Part shown: positions 47,511 to 59,929 of the stretch, one piece after another
Layout of the letters: each line of letters opens with the position of its first letter
Numbering within the stretch: position 1 is the first letter of the stretch
Source of the DNA: Camelus dromedarius
Taxonomy: Eukaryota
Direction: 5' to 3'
Assembly: GCF_036321535.1 (NCBI RefSeq)
Contig: NC_087447.1
Span: 37,698,001-37,762,000, forward strand
DNA length: 64,000 nt
Made by a program: the position numbers and the translations under genes
The notes under the pieces: generated by a model
Databases searched by the model: none
What the model was told of the DNA's origin: nothing
Seen by the model: only the letters and a program-made list of their open reading frames with translations

Positions 47511-50500
47511 GCCCGGCTGATATGGCCTCGCTCCTCCACTCCATCCCCAGCTCCCCAGCAGTGAGGCCAGAGGAGGCCACCTGCTAACAAAACCTAGGTT
47601 CGTGTGATTGCACGTGTTCCCAGAGGCTGGGGAGGCCACTCGGGGACATCTGGGCTGCATGGGCATCACTGCCCTGTGCACGGGCTGTATTATTCATGCC
47701 TGCCTCTTTCCCTCAATGGGACAAGCTCCTTGATGTCTGAAACCGCATCTTGCTCAGTGTGGGACTGGGCGCCCACATGTCGAAGCTGGGATTGTGAATC
47801 AGACTGGCTCTCAGAGGAGCCTCGGCTCACATTCACAGGGGATGGGGAACAGGTAGGAGAGAATATCTGAAGGGCGAGATAGTAAATGTCAAGAGTTAAC
47901 TCAGCTGATGTTTGTAAAGTGCTAATAATAATAATAAAAATAATTGCTAGTATTTTTTTGAGTGTGTATTACATGCCAAGCATTGTTCTAAATGCTTCGT
48001 CTAGTGTTAACTCATTCAATACCATCACCATCCCCTTGTTACAGACGAGACCTCTGATACTCAGTGGAAGTGCATGCACTGCTCCAGCTCACACAGCCGT
48101 TGGGTGACAGAGGAACAGTACACAGGTTTTATGGTCAGAGGGGAGGGGAGGTGCTGGAGCAGGTGGAGATAATGAGAGCAACAAAAGTGACACAGGTCCA
48201 GCATTTGCTACCAGGAAGCCTGACTTCTTTCCATGGGGGCAGCACTGGGCCCCCACCCTTCACAGACAACCAAGCCCTCTTCCATCTCATCAGCGCCTCT
48301 CACTTCTCCCACCTCCCAAACTGTGAGTCCCCCTGCTTCATCCAGTGTCAGCCCTCAATGACACACCAGAGAGCAGATGAGTCCTCGGGAAAATGAAGCA
48401 GCCCAACGCTGCCCCCAAATCACTGGAGAAAGAAGGACATAGAGGGTGGGCGCATCTCTTCTGTTTCTCATTGGTTGGTTCCTTCTGTGAGTCACAGGAT
48501 TAGAGTTACAGGTCCTAAAGAGATCAGGGGATGGGAAACCAGCCCCAGCTAAAGCCTACCTGTGCAGAGACCTGTGTCAAGCGTGCAGCCCTCAAGGAGG
48601 ACCCCACGGCCTGCTGAGTGGCTACCCTCTCCCATTGCCTTAAGCCAGACTCATCCTGTTAACAGAGTCAGAGTAGAACCCCTCCAAAGCTGCACAGCAT
48701 GTAAGAAAACCAAGAATGGATTCAAGGTAAGCCCTTTGCCCCACACCATGTGTCCTCACTGGTGTTGCAGAAGGAACTTGAATTTTGGAGTCTGTTAGAT
48801 CTGGATTCAAATCCTGATTCTATGCCTGAGTACATGATCTCGGGCAAAGCATCAACCCACATGAATGTAGCTTCCTTGATTATACCTGCCTCCCAGGAGC
48901 CTCATGAAGATCAAATGAGATCAGTCATAAAACTCCTCAATGGATAACATAATATAACACAACATAATTCAAAATAAAATATCCTGAGTTTGGCACGTGG
49001 TAGCCTCAAAGGGAGTATCTTTCCTCATGGAAGGAAGAGTAGAAAAATATATCTCAGGGCAGAGATGCTACTTGCCCATCAGAGAGGTGAAAAGGACTCA
49101 GGCAGGAGTAAGCAAGAAAGAGGAAACTCCATCACCTCCACCCCTCTGCCCAGGGGCCTTCCTAATTCATTAGAAACCCCGCCCTGCAGCCTGCAGCCAG
49201 GGTTCTGCAGGGCTCTTGGCTGTTTCTCCCCAGCCAGGAGTGGCTAGTTTATAAGAAGGACTTGAAGCCTTACATGTCTCTGCTTTAATTCAACACCTGC
49301 TAGGACAACTGCTCATCTGGAGAGCTCATTTCTGATCCTGCATCCCATCAGAAGCAGCCCTTGCTCACCTCCATTTGGCTAAGGAGCCAGCTTAGGCTCT
49401 GGAGGAAACGGAGGCTATTTACAGTAAATTATTCAATTAGAACCAGAAGCAAGGGCAGCTTCTGCTCTTGTCTAATGGGCCAATCCGAGTGCAGCTCTAG
49501 GCAGGGCTGGGACTGTTTAATCTGCAGAACACATTAGGGCTGTCAACAGGAGCAGGACAGTAAACACTGTGGGAAGCAGTTAAACTCCAGCCGCAGCGGT
49601 AGAGAGAGGAGCAGGAGCTGGGGGAGGGAGGGCAGGAGAGGCAGGGACCTAGGGATCCAGTCAAGTCCCTCATTATATGATGTCCCTACCCCCTCATTAT
49701 TTCTCCTCGGTAGAATTTATCACAATTGTAATTAAACAATTAACTGTGAAACTGGTAGTTTAACATCTTTTTCCCTTGAGGATCCCAGGGTCGGGGACTA
49801 GGTCTGACCTGCTCACTGTTGCATCTCCTTCAATTCCCCACCACCCCTTCCCAAAACATGGCCTAGTACTTAACGACCAAATCAACTAACACTTGCTGAT
49901 TGACTGGGTGGGTTCTTACTGAAGGAACCTCAGCTTTCTTCTCACTGGTAAATGGGAGATGAGAGACAGAAAGGAAGGTACCTACTTTTACCAGGTTGTT
50001 ATGAGAATTCAGTGAGGCAAGGGCCTTTTGCAACCACACACACTGCATGGAAAGGGCTCTGCAACCTAACATTCACACAGCAGAGCCACCTGTCCCTCCT
50101 GAGTTCTTGCAGTCCTCACAGCCTGGTGCAACCCAGCTGGGCAGCCTCCCTCCCTACCCGCAGCCTGTGCTCATGAAGTGCTCGAGACAGACAGACAGAC
50201 CAAGGGGCGGTCCCAATGCTGCATGAAAACTACAATAACAGGTAACCAAGGGGATGCTAAGGGAGGTCCAGAGGGCTTCCAGGCAGTAGTAGGTGAGAAT
50301 GGAAGGTGAGTAGAAGAGGTCATGGAAAGTTTCTCAGGACATGACCACAAAGCAGAAAGAAGAATGTGGGAATAAGGGAAGGAGAAGGGGCGGGAAGAAA
50401 GAGTGTGCAGGCAGAAGGAAGGGCGTGTGAAAGGCACAGAATCATGAGCATGGTACAGTTACAGAACTGCAAGTGTTTCTAGAAGGCTGGGGCCTCCAGG

Positions 50501-51715
50501 GATGGTGGTGGAGTTTAGAGGAAGCTATCCCAGTGGCATGGAAAAGCAGAAAAAGGAGTGGTCACTTTTCAGCTGGGGGAATAAGCCAGACTTCTTAGAG
50601 GAGGTGACATCTGAGCTGAGTCTTAAAGGCAGGGTGGCATTTTGCCAGGTGATGATGGGACAAGAACATTCAGTGCCAAGAGAGCAATGTGAGCCATGGC
50701 AAGGAGACCAGAAAATGAAGCGGGTATTAGGCACCCAGATCTCTCCTAGGGGACTGGAAGGAAGGGGCACCTTTAATCAGGCACATGAAAGGAACTGACT
50801 CTAGATTCCAGCCTATGGATGGTGGGAGCCACTGAAGGTGTTTGAGCAGAGAGTGAAATGATCAGAGTAGAATTTCGGCTCCCATGGGGACCAGTGGAGT
50901 GGACGGACTCCAGGGAGTGAGACCAGCAGCAAGAGTTCATTTAAGAGAAATACAAGCTCCCAGGGGACCCTGAAAGCCCCAAGGCTGGGGAGGTGGGCAC
51001 CTGGGCATGGAAAGGAGGGATGCCATGAACTCTGTGCAGTAACGACAAGAGGCCCCCTCCTCCCTCCCACGCGGGCCCTCTGTGTGACCTGTCTCCCACA
51101 GGTGGTAACAGTCATCAGAGATACTTCAGTATTGCTAGCTGTGATGGCCAGCCTCCTGCAGCAATCAGATACTTTTAAGAACCCTCATTCCCAGGGGAGG
51201 CACAAGAAACCAAGCAAGCTGCCACCCAGCCCTGCTGAACAGACGGAGCCTCATGAAATATAGAGAGCTCCGGCTCCCTGGGGGAGGCCCCGACGGCCCC
51301 TCGCAGCTGACAGGCGACGGAGCCCAGCACGTAGGCAGCACAGACCTCAGGGCTCACAGAGCCAGGCCTTGTCCCCTCAGGCCCTGAGAAGCCCAGCTGG
51401 ACAGCCCAGAAGGACACTGCATCAGGTAGAGGGGGCCCACCAGACCTCAGCCCTGCTCCTCGATTCTGGAGCTAGAATAGTTTCAGCAAAGCACAGACAA
51501 GGTCCCAAACCTCCACCTGATCAACTGGATACATCTACTTTCCAGGCCTTACCTGGAAGGGAACAGGAATCCCATCTGCTCAAATATGTCCATGAACTTG
51601 ACAGGGGTAAGACTATAGCTCCCAGCCAATATCCAGGCAGCCTTCTTGGAGGAGCTCGCATCATAATCTTATAGTATTAGAACTAATAGGAAGCCTTAGA
51701 GATTACCTCTCTGTA

Positions 51716-51717
<2 letters not shown>

Positions 51718-51783
<66 letters not shown>
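51718..51783. repeat. Perfect (AAT)22 microsatellite
   Basis: Read directly; followed by a minus-strand MIR. Confidence 0.98.
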
Positions 51784-51785
<2 letters not shown>

Positions 51786-53781
51786 CCAAAAAATGAGGAG
51801 GAGTAGAGGAAGGAGTACTTATCGGGTTCTAAGGGTACTAACTGTATCAGGAACTTTTCTAAATACTTTACATTTAATCTTCAAAATAACCCCTTGAAGT
51901 AAGTTACAATTATTATCCCCAGTTTTCAGACGAGGAAACTGAAGCACAGAGAGGTCAGCATGAACAGATGGAGAGGCTCATTCAGAGAGGGGAAGAGATT
52001 TGCACCAGGTCACACAGCAAGCCCAGCTATCCCTGGGACCTTCACCCAGGTCTCCTCACTCCCATAAACTCCTCCCATGGGAAAGCCAAAGAAGGCTTAG
52101 CCTGGTGAGAGACCAGAGAGACCCACCCAGGCACAAGGTGATTTGCCTTGGGAAATCCTTGGGGTGCCACAGTTCCCCATCTGTAAAACAGGGATAATTA
52201 CACCTGTTCTCTCTTCTTTGCTGTGATTGCCAAGCACAGGAGATGGACAGTGGACAGGGGAGTTCCAGGATTCCTGGTCTGATTCAGCTCAGCCTTGGAA
52301 TGTGACAGACAGGCTGACTCAGAGATGCCCACGAGTCCCCAGAGGTTGGAGAGAAAGGAGCCCAGAGACAAGCTCTCCCCGCTGAGGCCCGTGTGCCCCA
52401 GGCCCTGACTAAACTGATCCATCCTCTTAATGGCTTCAACTTGTCAAAGCCAACCCCAGCAGCCTCCCCTGAAGGAGTGTGCAAGCAGTCCTGCAGGGAG
52501 GCCCAGGTTCCTGGAGCCAGGAAGGCCATGGCTGCCCCCAGCCTGAGTCTCAGGGTGGGCCCGCCCCGGATCTGGGACTCGGACACCCCAGCCGCCCATC
52601 AGAGGAGCACCAAGCCCTGAGCCTCACCAGGAAACTGCAGTTACTGTCATCTGGGAGCGGGCACTGAGCTGGCCATTTTCTAAGTGTCAAAAGTGCGAAA
52701 ATGGTGCCCCAGACTTTTAGGTGGCATGTAGTCCCCAAGGGAGGCTTGGCTGGGTCTTTGGGCCACCCCATCCAGAGCTCTGTTGGTTAAGAATGCAGAC
52801 TTGGAGTCAGACTGCCCAGGTTCAGATCCTGCTCCATCAGTTACTAGCTGTGCGACCTTGGGTACTAGGTTTCCTTATCTATGAAGCAGGGTCCATGTAT
52901 AATAAAAATAAAATGGAAGTGACGGTTCCTTCCTCCTGGCACTGCCGTGAGATCACACACGTGAAGTACCTGGCACACATGGGTGCTTGATGTAAGGACT
53001 GGTTCCATTTTTCTTCTGGTGCGAGCAGTACCCAGCAGTAGGGAGGCAGCCAAATGGAGGCCATTCTGACCCTCCTGAACTATGTCCAGTTGGTCAACTG
53101 CTTCTTACTCTCTAACTTTTTAATCATCTCTTCCTACTTTCTAACTTTTCCTGATGTAAATGTTAGCCAACTGCTCGAACGTTCTTTAGCTTCAACTCGC
53201 AAAAATGAGAGTCCTCTCTTACTGGGCCCAGGTCCCAGGATGCTAAAATTAACAATCAGTATACTTTAAGCTAATGACTTACTGGTCGTGGCTGCCACGA
53301 ATAGACATAACTCTCAGATAAAGGCCATTAGAGAAAATTGAATAGCTCCAATGTGGTGAAAATTTGGATACATCCTGTTTCATAAATCACACTCAGAGGT
53401 CACTCTGGGCAAGCTATTTCCCTCTCTGAGTCATGATGAGGACCCAGTTTGAGGGGGGTCTATATACCCTTGGGAAAGAGGACAGAGGAGAGAGAACTGT
53501 GCAATATTTTGCAGTTTCACAAATACAATTTTCTCTTACTTCTAAAGACATGAGTAGACAACAGTGCTACGTCAACTACCATGATAGTCCAGCCTCCTCG
53601 GATTTTATTTCCTTCTCAAATCCTCCAAACTGGAGGCAGCTCAATAACATTTGGAAAGTAGCATGATGAGGTTATGGAAATCCAAAAGTTCAGGATTAGG
53701 ATTCCAATCCCAGTTTTGCCTCTTAATAGGCCTCTCTGACCTTTAGCCTCTTCAGCTATAGAATGGGAATTAAGTCTATTT

Positions 53782-54620
53782 TATCATGAAAAAGAATATG
53801 AGAAGGAATATACATATGTACATGTATGACTGAAACATTATGCTGCTGTACACCAGAAACTGACACAAAATTATAAACTGATTCTTGATGGGAACTTAGT
53901 TTGGTATAGCTATTATGGAAAACAGTAGCAGAGATTCTTCAAAAAACTAAAAATAGACTTACCATATGATACAGTAATCCCACTCCCAGAGGAAACTCTA
54001 ATTTGAAAAGATACATGCACCCCAGTGTTCACAGCAGCACTATTTACAATAGCCAAGACATGGAAGTAACTAAATGTCCATTGACAGGTGATTGGATAAA
54101 GAAGATGTGGTACATTTACACAATGGAATACTACTCATCCATAAAAAAGAATAAAATATTGCCATTTTCAGCAACATAGATAGACCTGGGGATTGTCATA
54201 CTACGTGAAGCAAGAAAGAGAAAGAAAAATGCCATATGATATCACTTATATGTGGAATCTTTTTTAAAAAGACACAAATGAACTTATTTACAAAACAAAA
54301 ACAGACTCACAGACAAAGAAAACAAACTTATAGTTACCAGGGGGAAGGTGGTAAGAAGGGATAAATTGGGAGTTCAAGATTTGCAGATACCAACTACTAT
54401 ATATAAAATAGATAAACAACAAGTTTCTACTGTATAGCACAGGGAACTATACTCAATATCTTGTGATAACCTATCATGAAAAAGAATATGAAAAGGAATA
54501 TATGTATGTACTTGTATGACTGAAGCATTATGCTGTTGTACACAAGAAATTGACACAAAATTGTAAACTGACTATACTTCAATTAAATAAACAAACAAAC
54601 AAACAAATAAATAAATAAAT
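53782..54620 (+). mobile_element. Lineage-specific L1 3' end with an extra 100-bp 3'UTR copy at its 5' side
   Basis: ORF2 C-terminus, 3'UTR and (AAAC/AAAT) tail at about 53885-54620; 53782-53881 repeats 54472-54571. Confidence 0.9.
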
Positions 54621-54649
54621 AATTTTTTAAGTGGGCAAAGGAAAAAATT

Positions 54650-54832
54650 TAGTATTATTAGATGGTTCTAAGATGCATTTTTTCATATTTTAACATATGA
54701 AATTGGGATGTATATTTCAGTCAATGGCATCTTTGTACTGTGTTATAGTTTAATTAAAAGCATCTTTTCTTTTTTATGAAGTGACATGGCATCTTACAAT
54801 CTGTGGCATCTTAAATTTAATAAAATATAGTA
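54650..54832. mobile_element. MER104-like TcMar-Tc2 MITE
   Basis: ttctaagatgcattttttcatattttaaca...gcatcttacaatctgtggcatcttaaatttaataaaatatag with degenerate inverted ends. Confidence 0.65.
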
Positions 54833-55099
54833 TTTGGCACATAACTATGTCTCAAAGACACTTCTAGGTGCTTTATATAAGTAAATTAATTTATTTCTCA
54901 AAGAAATCCCAAATAATTAGTACTACTATTATCCCCATTTTAAAGACATGGAAATCAAGAGAGATTCAATAATTTGCTAATGTACACAGCTAGTAAGTTA
55001 AATGAGGGTAATGATCGTATCCTCTCTTTAAGGAAATTCGTACTATGCTACTATTTTTTAGAATCTGATTTTTTAATTGGTATTTGAGTCCTCTTCTTA

Positions 55100-58000
55100 C
55101 AGAGAAAATTCACACAGGAATTTTATGTGGAGCGATATAATATGTCATATAGTCTAAAATACTTCTTCATAAGAAGAATTTTAAAGGACTGATAAAAATG
55201 CTCTTAACATTTTTAAAAGGTATCACTTAGCTGGCAAAAATGTAAAAAATTTGGCTTTTCGGCCAAAAGGAGAGCAAAAGCAGGAACCAGGAATGATAAG
55301 CAAGAGTTGGAATTTTTGCCCTGAGAACATCTGCTGAATGTTATTTTCCCTAAGCTGCTTCTGTTCCATGTGTGAATGGGGAAGGGAAGACAAAGTCCTG
55401 GTCCAGGGACTAGGGAAACAATAAAATAGTTGTCCAGAAGGCCAGAAACTCAACGTAATGGTGAATGAAAAATAAATCTCCTATATAGAAGAGCAAGAAA
55501 AGCTGTCTATCCCAACTTTGGTGCTGGGTTAAAAAGAAGTAAAATCTCTCCTGAGAATTAATGAACAAAATATGACCTTCATAAAGGTTTGTAGCCTGAA
55601 TTCACATTATCTGTGAGGGGAAAGAACTCAGTTAGAGAACTTAGCTTCAAAACATAAAAGAGAGTCTTAGAAACATTTTCAAGGAACAGAGGCTATAAAA
55701 TATTACCAAGTAGATTTTAGAGAGAACCAAATAAAACTTCTATAAATTAAAAATATAGTAATTAAAATGAAAGACTCATTGAACATATTAATCACAGCTA
55801 AAGATTGGATTGATATAATTAAAAGACACAACAAAAGAAATGATCTAAAATGCATCCCAGAGAGACAAACAGAAAATACGAGAGAACTAAAGCTAAGGAC
55901 TAGAAAGTAAGGTAGCCTCACAAGTATTTAATCAGATTTCTTAAAAAAAGATTAAGAGAGAGAATAGGAGGAAAAGGTGATATCCAAAAAAATAGTGGCT
56001 GAAAAATTTACCAGAATTTTTGAAAATCAAAACAACTTTTAAATCAAGGAATGCCAATGAATCCCAAGCAGGAAAGATATAAAAGATAGACCCTGCCCTA
56101 GATAACTCATAAGAGTAAAGAACACAAAAGACTGAAAAGATTTTGAAAGCATCCAGAGAGAGAGAGAGAGGTTAGATCTACAGGTGACCACATAATAACA
56201 ATGATGAATGTCAGCAGGCAACAGAAAAAAGTATCTGATTACAGAAAATAATTGTCTTAAACTTTTATACCCAGATAAACTCTCTTTCAAGAATAAGACT
56301 AAAACAAATACATTTCAAACAAGTAAAAATTCCACACCAAAGGAAATTCTAAAGTATGCATTTCAGGCAGAAAGAATGTAATGCCAGAGGGAAGGTTTGA
56401 GATATGAGACAGACTGATGAGCAAACTTACTTGTTACTAGATGAGTAAATCCAAACAAACTGCAACTATAAGAAGCAATTACAAAACCTCGTTTGTGGGA
56501 TAAAGAAAGAAAGATAAACCTGAAGTATTATATGCAAATTCAGAAAAGGATGACTAAAGTGTTTCTTTTAGTTGGGAGAAATAAAATAGAAATGTAAATT
56601 AACTTTAGCCTTATTAGGTTATTATTAATGCAGTAAAATCTAGGGTAACCCACTTAAAGAATACACATAGAGGCAGAATAGACATTACCCTTCAAATATG
56701 CAAAGATAAAAAAAAAAGTTATAATGAAAAAAAATATCCAGAAGAGGAAAGAGATATGGATGAGGGGAGTATCAATGAATAATAGTTATCACAGTACAGG
56801 GAGATAAACTAAACTAGACACTTGTCAGCCAAGATTATAAAACATGTGTTTACACACACACATACACACACAGAAAAAGACAGGGAGGAAAGGAGAGAAA
56901 GTGTGCTATGTGTTGGCTATAAGTAATATCCCTAAAACCAAAAGAACCCAGACATCTTAAAGTTAAAGGCTATAAATGATACACCATAGAAATACTTACC
57001 TAAAGAATTTTGGTGCTAATGTATTCATATAATACAAAACAAATTTTAAGACAATAATGACTATAGAGATGAAGAGATTCATTACATAAAAATAAAAAGC
57101 TCAGCTCATCAAGAAGATATTACCATAAGGATGTTCCTAATAATAATATGGTCTTAAGATACACAAAGTAAAGACTGATAAAACTTCAAGGAGAAATGAA
57201 CAAGTCCAGAATCACAAGTGGAGATTCCAACACAATTCTGTCATTGATTGACAGCTCAAACAGAAAAATTCTCAGTGAGGGCACAGAAGATTTGAATGGC
57301 ACAATTAAGATAGAGGTAACAAACGTGAAAATGAATAGAACACTGCATTCAGCTTATCAGGAATACACACTGTTTTTGAGGATTCATGAGTCATTATTTT
57401 TTTTAATGACTAGTGACCAGATCTTAAAGCAAGCCTCAGCAAATTTCAAATGATTGGTATCCTACAGATTGCAGTCTCTACCCCTATATAAAACACCTCC
57501 ATACTTCTAGATATTTTAAACATACAAATTACAGGTCAAAAAAGGAATTGTAACAGAAATTAGAAAATAAACATGAATGACTATGAAAACACACATATAA
57601 AAACTACATAGTATACAGATAAGTAGCATTAAGAGCAAAAATTGCAGCCTTAAATTAGAAAATAAATATGAAAATTAGAAGAATTTCTAACTTCTAACAA
57701 TATAAGAAATTTTCCAAAGAGAATATACTTTCAAAGAAAGTAACAAAAGAAAAATAATTAAGATAGAAGCAAACATTAAGCAAAATACAACAAAAACACA
57801 AAACAAAACATAAACACAAATGAAGTGATCAAGAGTTGAAGTTAGTTTTTGAAAACACAAATAAAATGATAAACCACTGATAGGATCAGAAAAAAGACAG
57901 GAACAAAAATAATCGATATTAGTACAAAAGGAAACTATTACTACAAATGCAGCAGAAATAAGATTATGATGGATAATATTATATGGACAAGAATATTCTA

Positions 58001-59600
58001 CAATATTGTAGAAATTATAAATAAACTACGGTCTCAGAAAAATACAATTTACCAAAATTGACTCAAGAAGAAATAGATCTATAACTACTGAATAAATTAA
58101 TCAGTAGTTAAAAATCTTCCCATAAGGAAAATACCAGGCACAGAGAAATTCACAAATAAGTTTCTATCAGTCAAAGGAAAGGTAACTCTTTCTCTGCCAA
58201 GCTCTTCCAGAGAATAAGAATAAAAGAAAACATACTTCAATTCATTTCATAAGACTGACATAATTTTGATGCTGAAACTAAAACACAAAAAGGAAATATA
58301 TAGGCCAATTTCATATACATACATATATAAAAATATACTAAATAGAATATTACTAAACAGAACCCAGCTATATATAAATAGATTAATACATCATGGATAA
58401 GGTAGGTTAAGCCTGAAAATACAGGGTTCTCTTAACATTAGAAAAGAGATTAATAAAATTCACTACATTAATAGGTTAAAGAAGAAAAACCCTATGATCA
58501 TCTCAATAAATGAAGAAAAATAATTTTATGAAGTTCAACAGTCATTCATAACAAAACCTTTTAGCAAACTAAGAATATAAGAGACTGTCCTTAAACTGAT
58601 TAAAGGGCGTCTATCAAGAAAAAAATATACAGGAATAACATGCTTAATGATGACATGTTGAAAGCATTTCCTGTGAAACCAGAGACAAAATTAAAATGCC
58701 AGCTCCCACCAACTTCTATTCATTATTGTATTACACATCTTAGCTAGTGCAGAAAGAAAATGCATGCGAATGGAAAGAAACAAAACTGTCATTATTCACT
58801 GTTGGATTTTCCACAGGGCTGCCACATCAGCCTGCGCACAGCCCAGGGGTGAGTGGAGGCTGAAGTCAGCCTCTTCTGTGCCCACCCAGCCACATACCCT
58901 ACACAGGGCTGAGTCCACCAAACACAAATCTGCAGTCCACTTGGCAAGCCAAGTCTCCATGGGCCTACGTCTTCCCAGATGTTGTATCTTTTCCTAATTC
59001 CTATAAAAATTTACCATGAACTAGTAAGTTACCCTTATTGTCAATGTAGGCAGCCCAAAAGTATCTACAAAGAAATTATTTTAATTCATAAAAGGGCTTA
59101 GAAAAGCGGCTAAAAGTGAATATACAAAAGTCAAGTATAGTCCTAGACACTAGCGCAAAAATAAAGTGAGATTTAGAAAAGAGGGCATTGACAAGAACAA
59201 CAAAAATACATAAGGTATGCAGAAATAAATCTTAAAATGTGCAAGTCCCTTCCTGAGAAAATTATAAAATATAATTAAAAGATATTAAAGAAGACCAAAA
59301 TAAAGGAAGACGTATTTCATATACATATCAATTCATCATACTAATCTATAGATTCCATGAAATCCCAATTAAATCCCCACAAAATTTTTTCCTAGGGCTT
59401 GAGTTAAACCTGAAATGTACACCCAAGATTATTCCTGAAAAAGAAAAAGAAATTGGGGGTTGGAGGACTTTTCCTTTAGATAATAAGGCTTATTTTCAAA
59501 TAGTAAATACAATGTGATATCAACCCTGGAATAAACTTAGAGAATTGAATAACAGGCTCCAAACTAGACCAAAGCAAATGTGAAAACTTGATTAATAACA
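55100..59600 (+). mobile_element. Ancient, heavily decayed long L1 (5'UTR/ORF1/ORF2; L1M-type)
   Basis: Strongly A-rich plus strand; motifs ITSGDSNTILSLID (EN, cf. GDFNTPLS) near 57210 and IHYINRLKKKNPMIISIN (RT) near 58460; many stops and frameshifts. Confidence 0.85.
58814..59034. mobile_element. MER91A-like hAT-Tip100 MITE nested in the old L1
   Basis: GC-rich island starting cagggctgccac, with ggggtgagtggaggctgaagtcagcc and ending ttttcctaattc...ccatgaactagtaagttaccct. Confidence 0.6.
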
Positions 59601-59929
59601 GAGGAGGGGGAAAACAGGAGAGAGAGAGTGAGAGCACACATGCACGTATCCAAAACCACACGCAAAGAGTGAATTGGGGGCAGGGGTGATTCCCACTGTT
59701 GCTCCTGCCTGGTATATTAGGGGAGAGCTCCTTCTTGCCCATACATCCAGGCCCCTGAGCATCCCTCTGGCCCAGGGGCAAAGATTGAGCTGGTTTGAGC
59801 TAGAGAGAAACAGCTAAGAGGGGTGCTCTAAGAGCCTCCTTCTGCAGACAGAGAAGTCCAGCCCATCTCCAGGGCAAGCATGTTAGAAATCTTCTGAAAA
59901 TGAGAAATGGAAGGTTAATTAAGAAGACC

